Notes under the pieces: generated by a model
The model's input: only the letters and a program-made list of their open reading frames with translations
Told to the model about the DNA's origin: nothing
The model's database searches: none
Assembly (NCBI GenBank): GCA_965248475.1
Contig: OZ252106.1
Location: 1,583,640-1,647,639, forward strand
DNA from: Dehalococcoidia bacterium
GTDB lineage: Bacteria > Chloroflexota > Dehalococcoidia > Lucifugimonadales > G965248475
Direction: 5' to 3'
Length of the DNA: 64,000 bases
Shown: piece after piece, positions 9,966 through 21,039 of the stretch
Layout of the letters: the number at the start of each line of letters is the position of its first letter
Numbering within the stretch: the first letter of the stretch is position 1
Program-made: the position numbers and the translations under genes

Positions 9966-10694
9966 TCACCACAGGCGGACGATATCGTCCGTGGCGAAAG
10001 GGAATCCTACCCTGATTCCTAGGCTGGCCGCATAAAGCTGGGGTGGCACGCTGATATCGGCTAGGTAAAGCTCGCCAACGTACGGGGTTGCGCCGGGTAG
10101 ATGGAGGCCGGTCTTGGGAAGAGCAAGGGTCATGGTGGCTGCGGCACGAATTGCTGGATTGTGAGCCTCTCCCGTAGAGGCGTCCAGACCACTTGGTATG
10201 TCCAGGGACAGGACGGGCCCTCCGTGATGGTTGGCAGCATGAATTAGCCGTGCGGTGGTGCCAGTGGGTGCTCCGCTAAGGCTGTATCCTATGAGCGCAT
10301 CTATGATCAGGCCTGCGTCCGGGAGGTCTACAGGCTCAGGCGTCACTGATATGGTCATGCGTTGAAGGATGTCCAGTTGCACTTTCGGCACGCCGTCGAA
10401 CCTTGAGAGCGGAGCAGCAGTGACCACCGTTGTGTCCGCGCCCCAGTTGGCGAGATGACGGGCGCACACCAGTCCTCCCCCTCCGTTGCCTCCTGTACCG
10501 GCCAGCACCAGGACGCTGCGGCCGAGAACACCGTCCAGGAAGTGGGACCAGGCCAAGCGAGCCAGGCTGTGGCCAGCGTTCTCCATCATCTGGACCAGTT
10601 GGATACCGTACTCATCCTCCATGACCCGGTCCACCTCACGCATCTGGTCCGAGGTAATGAACGGTACATCAGGTCTGCTCTCGTCTGAGGACAT
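9966..10694 (-). CDS. NAD(P)H-hydrate epimerase (YjeF N-terminal domain protein)
   Basis: VLVLAGTGGNGGGGLVCARHL and DALIGYSLSG motifs of the YjeF_N family. Confidence 0.85.
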   Translation of the reverse strand: MSSDESRPDVPFITSDQMREVDRVMEDEYGIQLVQMMENAGHSLARLAWSHFLDGVLGRSVLVLAGTGGNGGGGLVCARHLANWGADTTVVTAAPLSRFDGVPKVQLDILQRMTISVTPEPVDLPDAGLIIDALIGYSLSGAPTGTTARLIHAANHHGGPVLSLDIPSGLDASTGEAHNPAIRAAATMTLALPKTGLHLPGATPYVGELYLADISVPPQLYAASLGIRVGFPFATDDIVRLW

Positions 10695-10696
10695 TG

Positions 10697-12499
10697 CTAC
10701 GTCGGCTCCATGCCTATGTCGCAGTCCCTGGCGGCCAGGATGAGTCCGATGTGAGTAAAAGCCTGGGGGAAGTTACCCAGCGCCACACCGGTGTCGGTGT
10801 CAATCATTTCCGAGAACAGGCCCAGGTGGTTGGCGTAGCCAATGATCTCCCAGAAGAGTCGGCTGGCCTCGTCCATCTCCCCCATCCAGCTGATCACTTG
10901 GACCAGCCAGAAACCGCACAGAGTGAAGGCGCCCTCATTGCCGGTCAGGCCATCGTCCGTCTCATCCGTCAGGTAGCGTCTTAGCAGCGGCTCGGGGCCC
11001 AGCTCCTGCCGGATGCGCTGTACCGTGGAAACGACGCGAGGGTCGTCTATGGGCAGGAAGCCCATGAGGGGTATGAGCAGGTTGCTGGCGTCCATAGCGT
11101 CGGTATCGTAGTGCTGGACAAATGCCTGCTTGCGGTCGCTCCAGCCCAGTTGGAGCACCTCCTCCTTGATGGCGTGGGCAGTGCGTTTCCACCCCTCTCT
11201 CTCCGGCCCAGCGCGGCCGGTCGATTCGGCTAGGGCCACGGCGCGGTCCAGGGCGACCCAGCACGTGACCTTGGAGTAAACGAAGTGGTACGGGCCGCCA
11301 CGGACCTCCCAGATGCCGCTGTCGGGCTCGTGCCAGGTGGACTGGGCCAGGTTCGCCAGGGTGCGCAGCGGCTCCCACTGGTCATCGCTGATTGGCGTTC
11401 CGTTGCTGAAGAGCAGATGGGCGCTGGCCAGCACCTCGCCGTATATGTCGTGCTGGGACTGGCGATGCGCTCCGTTGCCGATGCGCACAGGCCTGGAGCC
11501 CAGGTAGCCCTCCAGGTGGACCAGCTCCTCTTCTTCCAGGTCATCTGCCCCATCCACGCGATACATGATCCCTATATCTTTGCCATAGGTGGCACACACG
11601 TGACCAAGCCACTGGAAGAAAAACATGGCCTCATCCCGGTGGCCCAGGCTCAGCAGGGCCTCAACTGTAAAGGCGGCGTCCCGCAGCCAGGTGTACCGGT
11701 AGTCCCAGTTACGCACGCCACCGATCTCTTCTGGCAGCGATGTGGTAGGGGCGGCGGCGATACCGCCTGTGGAGCGATGAGTAAGCAGATGCAGCGCCAG
11801 GTAGGACCGCGCCACCTGGGAGCGCCAGGGGCCCTCACAGTCCACCTCCTCACCCTTTATGCGCCAGTAATCAATGGTCCGTTCAAGCCGGTCTTGAGGC
11901 GATAGCCCGTCCTGCTCCATAGTTGTGGTGGCGTCGGTGTAGGAGAGGACGAACAGCGCCTCATCTCCTTCCCTCAAGGAGAACGTGCCACGGGCCTGGC
12001 CGCCAGCGGCGGCCAGGGGCACAGGGGAGTCCAGTGTCAGCCGGATGTCACCGTCCCTCCAGACAACCGTTCCCCCATCATGGGACAGCTGGGCTTCAGC
12101 GCGCGCATAGTCCGGTCTGGGTGCGTACATAACCCGGAGGTTGGCGCTGCCCTTCTCACACCGCACGCGCCGGATGATCTGATGCAGCTCTTCCAGCACG
12201 CCGTCCGGCCCCTGGTACAAGGGCATGCAGTCAGTGACTGTGGCGATGCCCTCCTCGGTCTCGAACCTGGTCTCCAGGACGTTCGTGTCGCCCAGGTAGC
12301 GCTGGGTACGGGTGTAGCGGCCGTCCGGGTTGATGGCGAAGCGTCCGCCCTTATCCGCGTCCAGAATGGCAGCGAACACGCTGGGCGAGTCAAAGCGGGG
12401 CGGACAAAACCAGTCGATGGAGCCGTCCATGCCCACCAGGGCTGCCGTGCGCCGGTTGCCGATGAGCCCGTAGTCGCCAATGGGTTTGTAGCGGCTCAC
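10697..12499 (-). CDS. Glycoside hydrolase family 15 protein (glucoamylase/trehalase-like)
   Basis: 600 aa. N-terminus YKPIGDYGLIGNRRTAALVGMDGSIDWFCPPRFDSPSVFAAILD is typical of bacterial GH15. Confidence 0.9.
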   Translation of the reverse strand: MSRYKPIGDYGLIGNRRTAALVGMDGSIDWFCPPRFDSPSVFAAILDADKGGRFAINPDGRYTRTQRYLGDTNVLETRFETEEGIATVTDCMPLYQGPDGVLEELHQIIRRVRCEKGSANLRVMYAPRPDYARAEAQLSHDGGTVVWRDGDIRLTLDSPVPLAAAGGQARGTFSLREGDEALFVLSYTDATTTMEQDGLSPQDRLERTIDYWRIKGEEVDCEGPWRSQVARSYLALHLLTHRSTGGIAAAPTTSLPEEIGGVRNWDYRYTWLRDAAFTVEALLSLGHRDEAMFFFQWLGHVCATYGKDIGIMYRVDGADDLEEEELVHLEGYLGSRPVRIGNGAHRQSQHDIYGEVLASAHLLFSNGTPISDDQWEPLRTLANLAQSTWHEPDSGIWEVRGGPYHFVYSKVTCWVALDRAVALAESTGRAGPEREGWKRTAHAIKEEVLQLGWSDRKQAFVQHYDTDAMDASNLLIPLMGFLPIDDPRVVSTVQRIRQELGPEPLLRRYLTDETDDGLTGNEGAFTLCGFWLVQVISWMGEMDEASRLFWEIIGYANHLGLFSEMIDTDTGVALGNFPQAFTHIGLILAARDCDIGMEPT

Positions 12500-13233
12500 G
12501 CCCTTACCCCGGTGATCTGGCTTGCCGCCGCGGTAGTGAGGAACCAGTGCGCCGCACCCGACGCAGGGCGTACCCGGCCAGCGGGAAGCGGCGATGAGCC
12601 GAAGGCCGGTGTGATGATGCGGCCTATTGCATCCGCCTTGGATCTGTCCGTGGCCAGGAAAACGACGACCCTGGCTGCGTTGATCAGCGGTAGGGTGAAT
12701 GTGACGCGATGGACCTGAAGGTGGGGCACCCAGTTGGCCATCACCAGTTGTTGCGCGTTTTCCAGGGCATCGGTGCCAGGGAACAGGGATGCGGTATGGC
12801 CGTCCTCTCCCACGCCCAGCAGCACCAAGTCAAATGCTGGCAGGTCTGTGTCGAACTGCCGGCGCATCAGCGATTCGTACTGCTCGGCGCCGGCGCCGGG
12901 GGGCATCTCGCCCCTGATGCGATGTACCTGGTCTTCCGGCACGGGCACGCTGTCCAGCAAAGCTTCCCTGGCCATTCGGTAGTTGCTGTCGGGATGGTCA
13001 GGTGGAACGCACCGCTCGTCACCCCAGAACAGGTGCCAGCAGTCCCACGGGGCGTTTTCTGCAAATGGAGACAATGCCAGGGTTTGGTACAGCAGACGTG
13101 GTGTGGAACCTCCAGCCAGGGCTATGGTGAAACGTCCCCGGACCTCCACGCACTCACTGGCCAGGTTGACGACCAGCTTTGCCGCTTCGCGCGCGGCCTC
13201 CTCCGGCGTGGGCAGGATATGGACATCAGGCAT
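12496..13233 (-). CDS. pgl: 6-phosphogluconolactonase
   Basis: IALAGGSTP and [15 protein letters not shown] motifs. SD GAGGGAG before ATG 13233. Overlaps the zwf stop by 8 nt and the GH15 start by 4 nt. Confidence 0.9.
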   Translation of the reverse strand: MPDVHILPTPEEAAREAAKLVVNLASECVEVRGRFTIALAGGSTPRLLYQTLALSPFAENAPWDCWHLFWGDERCVPPDHPDSNYRMAREALLDSVPVPEDQVHRIRGEMPPGAGAEQYESLMRRQFDTDLPAFDLVLLGVGEDGHTASLFPGTDALENAQQLVMANWVPHLQVHRVTFTLPLINAARVVVFLATDRSKADAIGRIITPAFGSSPLPAGRVRPASGAAHWFLTTAAASQITGVRA

Positions 13234-14698
13234 CTTCTCCCTCGTGCCCACCGCACACTCGCAGCCACTCCCGTCCGTCCTGCGCCAGGAGCGCATCGGC
13301 AGCGTCCGGGCCCCAGGAGCCTGTTTCGTAGGTCTCAACGGCGAGGGTACTCTCCCGCGCCTGAAGGAGAGGGTCAACGATGCGCCACGCCTCTTCGATA
13401 TGGTCGCTGCGTATGAAGAGAGAGGCATCGCCCGCCAGGGCATCCTGGAGCAGTCGCTCGTACGCCTCCGGGATCTCCTGATCCTGGAAGGCGGACTCAT
13501 AGTGGAAGGACAGATCGGCGGAGCGCATGGCCATGCCCTGGTCGGGGACCTTGGCCTGGAAGGTCAGATGAACACCTTCGTCAGGCTGGAGGCACAGGGA
13601 GAGAGCGTTGGGAGTCAGCTCCTGGCCCGGCTCCAGAGCGAACATCAAATGGGGCGGATGTTGGAACTGGATGATGATCTCCGAGGCCTTGTCAGCCATG
13701 GCCTTGCCTGTACGCAGGTAGAATGGCACATCCCGCCAACGCCAGTTGTCCACGTACAGGCGTGCCGCAGCGTACGTGGGCGTGGTGGAGGCGGGGGCGA
13801 CGCCGTTCCCGTCTAGGTAGCCGCGATACTGGCCGAGCACGGCGTTTCTGGCCGCCTCCTCTGGCGACCACCGCCGTATGGCCTCGAGCACGTCAACCTT
13901 GCGACTCCGCAGAGAGTCCGCGTCCATGGTGCTGGGCGGCTCCATGGCTACCAGGGTTAGCAGCTGGAGCAGGTGGTTCTGCACCATGTCCCGGACCACT
14001 CCCGACTGGTCGTAGTAATCGGCCCGTTCGCCCACCGTAACTTCCTCAGCCACCGTGATCTGGACGTTGTCCACGTAGTTGCGGTTCCACAGCGGCTCAA
14101 AGATGGCGTTGGCGAACCGGAAGACCAGAAGGTTCTGTACCGTCTCCTTGCCCAGGTAATGGTCAATCCTCAACACCTGGTCCTCCGTGAACACACGGTG
14201 GACGGCCCGGTTCAACGCCTGGGCGGACCTCAGGTCGCGGCCAAAGGGCTTCTCTATGACCACGCGGCGCCATCCCCCTTCTTCGTCTGACAGTCCCGAG
14301 GCGTCCAGGTTCCGGATGGCGGTCTCGTACAGATGTGGAGCAACGGACATATAGAACAGCCGGTTTGCCGGCAGCAGGCCGCCCTCCAGCTCCTCCAGCC
14401 GCTGTCGAAGCGAGGCCATCTGCTCGGGCTTGCTCAGGTCACCCCTGACGTAGTACAGGTCCCGGGCGAAAATATTCCACTCATCCTGGCGCGCGGCCAG
14501 CTCCCCGAACTCTCGCGCGCCATCCCACATTAGGTCGCGGAACTGGTCGTCGGAGTAGCCGGAGCGGGAGAATCCCACGATGCGCAGCCCTTCCGGCAGG
14601 CGATCTTTGCAGCGCAGGTGGAACAGGGCTGGCACCAGTTTGCGCTGGGCCAGGTCGCCTGTAGCGCCGAAGATGACGATGGTGGTGTTTTCTGCCAT
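13226..14698 (-). CDS. zwf: Glucose-6-phosphate dehydrogenase
   Basis: [17 protein letters not shown] motif and RIDHYLGKE active site. ATG 14698 overlaps the gnd stop (TAATG). The track ORF extends upstream spuriously. Confidence 0.93.
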   Translation of the reverse strand: MAENTTIVIFGATGDLAQRKLVPALFHLRCKDRLPEGLRIVGFSRSGYSDDQFRDLMWDGAREFGELAARQDEWNIFARDLYYVRGDLSKPEQMASLRQRLEELEGGLLPANRLFYMSVAPHLYETAIRNLDASGLSDEEGGWRRVVIEKPFGRDLRSAQALNRAVHRVFTEDQVLRIDHYLGKETVQNLLVFRFANAIFEPLWNRNYVDNVQITVAEEVTVGERADYYDQSGVVRDMVQNHLLQLLTLVAMEPPSTMDADSLRSRKVDVLEAIRRWSPEEAARNAVLGQYRGYLDGNGVAPASTTPTYAAARLYVDNWRWRDVPFYLRTGKAMADKASEIIIQFQHPPHLMFALEPGQELTPNALSLCLQPDEGVHLTFQAKVPDQGMAMRSADLSFHYESAFQDQEIPEAYERLLQDALAGDASLFIRSDHIEEAWRIVDPLLQARESTLAVETYETGSWGPDAADALLAQDGREWLRVCGGHEGEDA

Positions 14699-15606
14699 TA
14701 CTCGGCGCTTCTTACGGCGTGGCCGCCGAACCTGTTGCGCATGGACGCCAGAAGCCTGGCCCCGAAGGGTCGGTCCTGACGGGAGCGGAACCTTGCCTGG
14801 AGGGACAGGGTAATCACAGGCGCGGGCACGCCCAGCTCCAACGACTCCTGTACCGTCCAACGGCCCTCGCCGGAGTCGTCCACGTAGGCCTGAACAGCGT
14901 TCAGGCCAGGGTCATCTTCCAGTGCATCGGCAGTCAGGTCCAGGAGCCAGGAGCGCACTACGCTACCGTGCTGCCAGATCCGGGATATCCGGCCCAGATC
15001 CAGGCCGAACTCCTCCTTGGCCTGCATCAGTTCGAACCCTTCCGCGTAGGCTTGCATCATCCCATATTCAATGCCGTTGTGTATCATTTTTACGAAGTGG
15101 CCTGCGCCGGCTGGGCCGACGTACCCGTACCCTTTGTCGGGTGCGGGAGCAAGCGTTTGAAAGATAGGTTCCAGTCGGCGGAAGGTCGCTTCGTCGCCGC
15201 CCACCATCAGGCTGTAGCCCTCCGTGAGACCCCAGATGCCGCCGCTGGTGCCGGCGTCCAGGAACAGTATATCTCGCTTCTTCAGCGCGGCGGCCCTTCG
15301 GACACCGTCTTTGTAGTAAGAGTTGCCGCCGTCTATGATTGCATCGCCCGGGACAAGGAGGTCAGCCAGGTCGTTGATGGTGCTTTCGGTAGCTTCACCG
15401 GCGGACACCATGACCCATATCGCTCGAGGCGTGGCAAGCTGCTCCACCACCCCTGCAAGGGAGGCAGCTCCCGACGCTCCCTGCTGTGCCGCCGCCTGTA
15501 CAGCCTCCGCGCGTGGGTCGTAGGCCACCACGCGGTGCCCTCCCTTGAGCAGCCGTTCCACCATGTTGCCACCCATGCGGCCCAGCCCGATCATCCCTAG
15601 CTCCAT
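14698..15606 (-). CDS. gnd: 6-phosphogluconate dehydrogenase, decarboxylating (short ~300-aa form)
   Basis: [16 protein letters not shown] Rossmann N-terminus plus the Gnd-like C-terminal domain. Sits in an operon with zwf and pgl. Confidence 0.9.
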   Translation of the reverse strand: MELGMIGLGRMGGNMVERLLKGGHRVVAYDPRAEAVQAAAQQGASGAASLAGVVEQLATPRAIWVMVSAGEATESTINDLADLLVPGDAIIDGGNSYYKDGVRRAAALKKRDILFLDAGTSGGIWGLTEGYSLMVGGDEATFRRLEPIFQTLAPAPDKGYGYVGPAGAGHFVKMIHNGIEYGMMQAYAEGFELMQAKEEFGLDLGRISRIWQHGSVVRSWLLDLTADALEDDPGLNAVQAYVDDSGEGRWTVQESLELGVPAPVITLSLQARFRSRQDRPFGARLLASMRNRFGGHAVRSAE

Positions 15607-15702
15607 ATGCGTACCTCCTGTGCAGATTGTCTAGCTGGGTGCTGACGGTGGCGCTTGCCCGCGCCTAAATGAACAGATTGTAGAGGCCAATGTTGGCGGC
15701 GG

Positions 15703-16506
15703 TTATTCTAGGTGCTGCTTCATCCCGGGAGTTCGCGCCGTCTCGGCACACGTTTCCGAGTGGGCTGTCAGATTGTGCTCATTGATGCGGCGCTTCACTG
15801 TCTTCAGAAGCTCTTCAGGTGTATGGACGATCCAGACATGATCCAGCACTTGGCTGGAGTGGAGGCTTGCCTGGGTAAAGGGCGTGGCGACGGCGATAAC
15901 GTTCATCCCGGCGGAGACGGCCGCCTGCACGCCATTGGGCGAGTCCTCAAGCACCAAGCATTCGACAGGGGTTACTCGCAGCGTGGCGGCCGCCAGTTCG
16001 TATATCTCCGGGGCCGGTTTGGGCTGCTCCACATCTTCACGAGTAAACAGTGCATCCAGAGACGCTTCCAGGTCCAGAGCGCGCAGGACGTGCATGACCT
16101 CTTTGCGATAGGACATGGTGGCGAGCGCGGTCCGACATGAGGTATCTCTGGCCATCCGAAGCAGCTGGATGGTATGAGGCCACTGGTTGTCCCGCAGCAC
16201 CTGGGGGTCGGCTACCATCTTATCGTAGATCTTCTTGCGCATGGTGCTGAGCACCTGTGCGGGTTCGGAAGCGCCGTATTCGACCATAAGAGGATGCAGG
16301 TCTTTCTCCAGCTTAAGGCTTTCCATGACGTGGCGTGAGGCGATGTCCCTGGAAGCACCGACTATTCCCCGGTACGCCTCTATGGCCCTGGGGTCCGGCC
16401 CCGGCAGGCCCAGAAGGTCCTGAGCAGCGATAGCGTACGATTCGGCCTTCAGTCTTTCAGACTGGACCAGCGTGCCGTCCAGGTCGAAGATGATGACCCT
16501 GATCAT
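15703..16506 (-). CDS. HAD-superfamily hydrolase (beta-phosphoglucomutase-like subfamily IA)
   Basis: Motif I FDLDGTLV, motif IV LEDSPNGVQAA. Confidence 0.85.
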   Translation of the reverse strand: MIRVIIFDLDGTLVQSERLKAESYAIAAQDLLGLPGPDPRAIEAYRGIVGASRDIASRHVMESLKLEKDLHPLMVEYGASEPAQVLSTMRKKIYDKMVADPQVLRDNQWPHTIQLLRMARDTSCRTALATMSYRKEVMHVLRALDLEASLDALFTREDVEQPKPAPEIYELAAATLRVTPVECLVLEDSPNGVQAAVSAGMNVIAVATPFTQASLHSSQVLDHVWIVHTPEELLKTVKRRINEHNLTAHSETCAETARTPGMKQHLE

Positions 16507-16531
16507 GGTAGGTTGCGTGCGTCCGTGGCTT

Positions 16532-16874
16532 TCAGGCCGCCGCTCCTTTAGTCTCGACCGCCTGAGAGCTCGCCAGCGCTCGCAGGCGCTCCAGGATCAT
16601 CGGCGTTGTAGGCCAGCCCCTTAGCCCCTCCTCCGTCTGGAACAGCCGACAGCTGAACCCATACTAGTCCGCGTCCTCGGGAAACAGGTCGTTGCCGGAG
16701 ACCCGGAGGGTCGGGGGGGCCTTGAAACCGCAGCTCGTCGGCATTGGCTTGGTCCTTCACCTCGATCAGGGAGACCTCCATGTCCAAGCCGTGGAGGGTA
16801 AGGGCCTGCCTCAGGTTCTCAAGGGCCTGGTGCCAGGACGGACATCCGTCAAAGTAGAGAAGTTCTAAAACCAT
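16532..16874 (-). pseudogene. Thioredoxin-fold small protein, disrupted (G7 frameshift + in-frame TAG)
   Basis: AGGAGG-6nt-ATG 16874. MVLELLYFDGCPSWHQALENL...ELRFQG, then the frame breaks at the G7 run 16713..16719. The shifted frame gives PPTLRVSGNDLFPEDAD-TAG(16666..16664)-YGFSCRLFQTEEGLRGWPT... Confidence 0.6.
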
Positions 16875-17005
16875 AATATTCCTCCTGTCAGCCAACTCCT
16901 GCGGCCAGCGCGCGCAAGCCCGATGCGTAGTCCTGTCCAAGCTGTATCCTGGCAACGCGACGGTCCAGTTGCTGCAAGACCCGGAGGTCGCCCAAGGCCT
17001 GGGCA

Positions 17006-18145
17006 TCAGCCAGGACGGACGTAGGCCAGAAGTTGTGCCTTTTTCTCCTGGATGTTGATCAGAAGCTTGTCGAAGGAGTCGGCGAATGCCTTGAGGCCGT
17101 CGCTCAGGAGGCCATCGGTGACATGCCGCATATCTATACCGGCTGCCTCTAGCGAGTCCAGGGTGGTCCGGGCCACTGTCGTGTCCCGCTCCAGGGTTGT
17201 GTTGGCTTGGCCGTGCTCCAGGAACGCGGTTAGTGTGTCCGGGGGCACGGTGTTGACCGTATCCGGCCCGATGAGAGACTCTAGGTAGAGTACATCGCTG
17301 TAGGCAGGGTTCTTGGTGCCTGTGCTGGCCCACAGCGGCCTCTGTACCCTGGCGCCCCCAGCCTTGAGGCCGGTGAACCGCTGGCTGTCGAAGGCATCCC
17401 TGAACGCCCGGTACGCAAGTTTGGCGTTGGAGATGGCCGCCTTGCCCATGAGAGACGCAGCCTCGTTCGAGCCCTGGCTCGCCTTCCCATCCAGCATGGC
17501 GTCCACGGCGGTATCCACCCGGCTGAGGAAGAAGGAGGCGACGGATGCCACTCCGGCGAGGTCACCGCCGCCACGGGCGAGGTCCTCCAGGCCAGCTATG
17601 TAGGCCTCCATCACCTGCTTGTGTGTGTCCAGGGAGAAGATGAGTGTGACGTTGACGTTGATCCCTTGGCCGATCAGGGCGTGCACGGCAGGGATGCCCT
17701 CGGCGGTGGCGGGCACTTTGATCATTACGTTGGGGCGGTCCAACGCAGCGTATAGACGCCTGGCCTCCGCGACGGTGCCTTCCGTATCGTGCGCAAGAGT
17801 TGGACCAACCTCCAGGCAGGCGTAGCCGTCGGCACCGCCGGTGCGGTCGTATATCGGTCGGAGAAGGTCGGAGGCCCAGCGAATGTCCTCCAAAACCAGC
17901 GCCTCGTAGGTCTCCTTTGCGGTCTCCGGTGTGCTCGGGCCATCCTGGACCAGGGACAGCAGGGCCTGGTCGTAGTCGGTGCTTCCGGCGATGGCCTTCT
18001 CGAAGATCGTGGGGTTGGATGTCAGGCCGGTAACACCCTGCTCTATGAGGCGCTTTAGCTCTCCGGAGGTCAGGAGACCGCGACTAACGCTGTCGTACCA
18101 GATGGACTGTCCCAGTCTCTGGGTCTGCTGGACGGGGTTGTTCAT
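17006..18145 (-). CDS. tal: Transaldolase (long actinobacterial-type)
   Basis: [11 protein letters not shown]...[13 protein letters not shown] motifs. 4-nt overlap with the tkt stop. Confidence 0.93.
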   Translation of the reverse strand: MNNPVQQTQRLGQSIWYDSVSRGLLTSGELKRLIEQGVTGLTSNPTIFEKAIAGSTDYDQALLSLVQDGPSTPETAKETYEALVLEDIRWASDLLRPIYDRTGGADGYACLEVGPTLAHDTEGTVAEARRLYAALDRPNVMIKVPATAEGIPAVHALIGQGINVNVTLIFSLDTHKQVMEAYIAGLEDLARGGGDLAGVASVASFFLSRVDTAVDAMLDGKASQGSNEAASLMGKAAISNAKLAYRAFRDAFDSQRFTGLKAGGARVQRPLWASTGTKNPAYSDVLYLESLIGPDTVNTVPPDTLTAFLEHGQANTTLERDTTVARTTLDSLEAAGIDMRHVTDGLLSDGLKAFADSFDKLLINIQEKKAQLLAYVRPG

Positions 18146-20160
18146 GCTACCTTCTCCTGTACTAGCTGCGCGGCCTGGTTGGCCATGTGGCGGGCGGTCA
18201 ACCCGAACTGCTGATAAAGGGTCTCATAGGGTGCCGAGGCACCGAAGTGGGAGATGCCCATGGCAACGCCGTCCAGGCCGACGTACCGTTCCCAGCCAAG
18301 AGGGGTAGCGGCCTCTATGGAGACCCTGGCCCTGAGATCAGGCGGTAGGACGGCAGTGCGGTAATCCAGGGGCTGAGCGTCGAACAACTCCCAGGAGGGC
18401 ATGGATACGACACGCGCGGCGATACCGCGGCCCTCAAGGGCCTTGCCCGCTTCAAGCGCCGTGTGAGTTTCTGAGCCGGTACCTATGAGGATGACATCCG
18501 GTGTGGAGGAGGCGTCCCATAGTATGTAGCCGCCTTTTTGGACACCGGTTGCGCTGGCGAGGGTAGACCGGTCCAGCACAGGCAGGTTCTGGCGGCTGAG
18601 CACCAGGGCTGCGGGGCCGGACCACCGTTCCAGGGCCACCTTCCACGCCTCTACTATCTCGGTGGCGTCGGCGGGACGGAGCACCACCAGGTTGGGGACT
18701 GACCTGAGACCCAGTAGTTGCTCTATCGGCTGATGAGTCGGGCCGTCCTCTCCCAGGCCGATGGAGTCATGGGTAAAGATGTACACCACCCGCTGCTCCG
18801 TGAGGGCCGCCAGTCGCATGGCAGGGCGCATGTAGTCGGAGAAGATGAGGAAGGTCGCGGTGTATGGGATGATCCCGCCGTGCAGAGCCATCCCGTTGGC
18901 TATGGCGCCCATAGCGTGCTCCCTGACGCCGAAATGCATGTTGTGACCGCAGTACTCCTCAAAGCCGTAGTGCCCGTGGTCCTTGAGGAGGGTCTTGGTA
19001 GAGGGCGCCAGGTCCGCCGAGCCGCCGGTGAAGGCGTGAATTCGTGATGCGATGGTATTCATGGCCAGTCCCGAGGCCTCTCTTGTAGCGATGGGCTTAT
19101 CGCCGTCGTTGAAGAGGCGATCCAGGTCGGTGGTCCAACCTTCGGGCAGATCACCGCGCAGGTCCTCCTCAAGCTGGGTCGCCTCGTCCGGATACGCCTG
19201 ACGATAGGCCTGCAGCACAACCTCCCACTCCTGTTGACGCTGCTTGCCCAGCTCCAGGGCCTGACGGAAATGGGCGAGGGCTTCATGCGGAACTGCGAAT
19301 GGCTCGGGGTATGGCCACTCCAGCTGCTCCTTAGTAAGGCGCACCTCCTCTTCGCCCAGGGCCTCGCCGTGGGCTGAGGCTGTGCCGGCCTTATTGGGGC
19401 TGCCGTAGCCGATGGGGGTCCGGCAGATGATGAGGCTGGGGCGGTCAGCGGCACTCTGGGCCATGCGTATGACAGAGTCCACCGAATCAGGGTCCATGCC
19501 GTCAATGGGGCCCACGACGTGCCAGCCGTAGGCCTGGAACCGCTGAGCTACGTTTTCTGCGAAGGCTATATCTGTATTGCCCTCGATGGAGATGTCGTCG
19601 TCGTCGTAGAGGTATATGAGCTTGCCCAATCGTAGGGTACCCGCCAGAGAGGCCGACTCGGCTGCTACCCCTTCCTGAATGTCACCGTCGGAGACGATAG
19701 CGTAGGTGTAGTGGCTGATTATCTCGTGGTCGGGGCGGTTGTAGTGGTCCGCCAGCCACCGCTCGGCGATTGCCATGCCCACGCCGTGGGCGAACCCCTG
19801 CCCCAGGGGCCCAGTTGTCATCTCCACGCCAGCTGTCAGGCGGTACTCAGGGTGGCCTGGCGTTTTGCTCTCCCACTGGCGGAGCCGCTTGAGTTCATCC
19901 AGCGGCAGGTCATAGCCGGTGAGATAAAGGATAGCATAGAGTAAGGTATAGGCATGACCGGGAGATAAAATGAACCTGTCTCTGTCCGGCCAGTGGGGGT
20001 CGCCAGGGTTGTGAGTGAGGAACCGATCCCAGAGGACGTAGGCCATGGCGGCAGCGCCCATGGGAGTGCCTGGGTGGCCTGAGCCGGCCTGCCGCACAGC
20101 ATCCACCGCCAAGAACCGAATTGTGTTGACACAGAGGCCTTCAATGTCAGTAGTGGTCAC
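18142..20160 (-). CDS. tkt: Transketolase
   Basis: 672 aa. GSGHPG, ThDP-binding region and [18 protein letters not shown] signature. SD GGAGG before GTG 20160. Confidence 0.95.
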   Translation of the reverse strand: MTTTDIEGLCVNTIRFLAVDAVRQAGSGHPGTPMGAAAMAYVLWDRFLTHNPGDPHWPDRDRFILSPGHAYTLLYAILYLTGYDLPLDELKRLRQWESKTPGHPEYRLTAGVEMTTGPLGQGFAHGVGMAIAERWLADHYNRPDHEIISHYTYAIVSDGDIQEGVAAESASLAGTLRLGKLIYLYDDDDISIEGNTDIAFAENVAQRFQAYGWHVVGPIDGMDPDSVDSVIRMAQSAADRPSLIICRTPIGYGSPNKAGTASAHGEALGEEEVRLTKEQLEWPYPEPFAVPHEALAHFRQALELGKQRQQEWEVVLQAYRQAYPDEATQLEEDLRGDLPEGWTTDLDRLFNDGDKPIATREASGLAMNTIASRIHAFTGGSADLAPSTKTLLKDHGHYGFEEYCGHNMHFGVREHAMGAIANGMALHGGIIPYTATFLIFSDYMRPAMRLAALTEQRVVYIFTHDSIGLGEDGPTHQPIEQLLGLRSVPNLVVLRPADATEIVEAWKVALERWSGPAALVLSRQNLPVLDRSTLASATGVQKGGYILWDASSTPDVILIGTGSETHTALEAGKALEGRGIAARVVSMPSWELFDAQPLDYRTAVLPPDLRARVSIEAATPLGWERYVGLDGVAMGISHFGASAPYETLYQQFGLTARHMANQAAQLVQEKVA

Positions 20161-20204
20161 GCATCCTCCAGCACTTCATCTACCGAGGTCATATATCTAT
20201 TGTA

Positions 20205-20236
20205 CCAGCCACCCCGACCTCGGTCGGGGTGGCTGG
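20205..20236 (-). terminator. Perfect 14-bp hairpin between the grx-like gene and tkt
   Basis: CCAGCCACCCCGAC-ctcg-GTCGGGGTGGCTGG. It lies downstream of the 20266 stop on the minus strand and has no T-tract. The core CCCGAC..GTCGGG recurs in the repeat family. Confidence 0.4.
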
Positions 20237-20265
20237 TGTCACCGCCGATAAAGATTCCGTGAAAT

Positions 20266-20526
20266 CTACGTACGCTGCAGGTAGGGCTCCAGCTTTCTGG
20301 CGAGTTCGGAATCGGCTGGTTCAACCAGGACGGAACCGTCCGGGAACAGGATGGTCGGTATGATCCCCATACCGCTGTTGACCTGTTTGACGTACTCCTG
20401 GGCCTCCCTGTCGTCGTCAACATCTATCCAACTGAACGGAATTTCATACCGCTCAAGGAGCCGCTTGGCTCGCACGCAGTCGTTACACCAGTCCCCTCCA
20501 TACACGAGGATGTTCTGACTATTCAT
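20266..20526 (-). CDS. Glutaredoxin/NrdH-like small redoxin
   Basis: 86 aa. ILVYGGDWCNDCVRAKRLL (CxxC) and the thioredoxin-fold motif IPTILFPDGS. Confidence 0.8.
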   Translation of the reverse strand: MNSQNILVYGGDWCNDCVRAKRLLERYEIPFSWIDVDDDREAQEYVKQVNSGMGIIPTILFPDGSVLVEPADSELARKLEPYLQRT

Positions 20527-21039
20527 TGGTATCAGCTCCTGTCTACACCCTTAGATGCCCGTGATGACATCGGGGTACATTTCATGGAAACGGAACATCT
20601 GGGTCAATAATATTTGCGCCCGTGAGCACTTCAGTTCCGAGGAAGTCAGGTATGCAATTGTTCTCCGGGGAGATGTCGTGGATCAACTGCGGGTTTCGGC
20701 CCGGATGATGCTGATGACGATAATGACTCCGCGACTGGAAAATGACGATCCGACTATCTCAGATGTCGAAGATTGCGTTGCTCTCCACGACAGCATCGTA
20801 TCACCCCCCCCTCCGTTGCGAATTTGCCAGAAGGCCAGGAACGGCAAATAGCAGTTTGCAATTGCATCTCGCTCGTTTCGTGGGCATCTAAACAGAGTGC
20901 GACGTGGTTTGGGCAACCGAGCACACCTTGACCGCTGTGTATTAGCGAAGCACAGCAATTCACCAGGCGGCACTGCTTTTAGACTATCGTCGGGAGCGTG
21001 TACCGGCCCGTCACCGCCGACATTCAGGAGGAGAAGAAA

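Noticed and set aside
14719-15600. 293-aa plus-strand ORF antisense to gnd. Similar long antisense ORFs occur at 11285..11905, 12080..12718, 12709..13416 and 12983..13816.
   Set aside because: They fully overlap genes with unmistakable enzyme motifs on the other strand. Their Arg/Gly/His/Pro-rich junk-like composition is typical of GC-rich antisense frames.
16877-17005. The spacer between tal and the thioredoxin-like gene has a high-GC3 frame reading ..[41 protein letters not shown].
   Set aside because: It has no convincing start (only an internal TTG, no SD). It could be a frameshifted tal C-terminal extension or chance. The evidence is too weak to call.
16548-17333. 261-aa track ORF spanning the tal 3' end and the thioredoxin-like gene.
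   Set aside because: It is a chimera. Its first 153 aa are an out-of-frame read over tal, and only the MVLELLYFDGCPSW.. part is real. The real gene starts at ATG 16874 behind AGGAGG.
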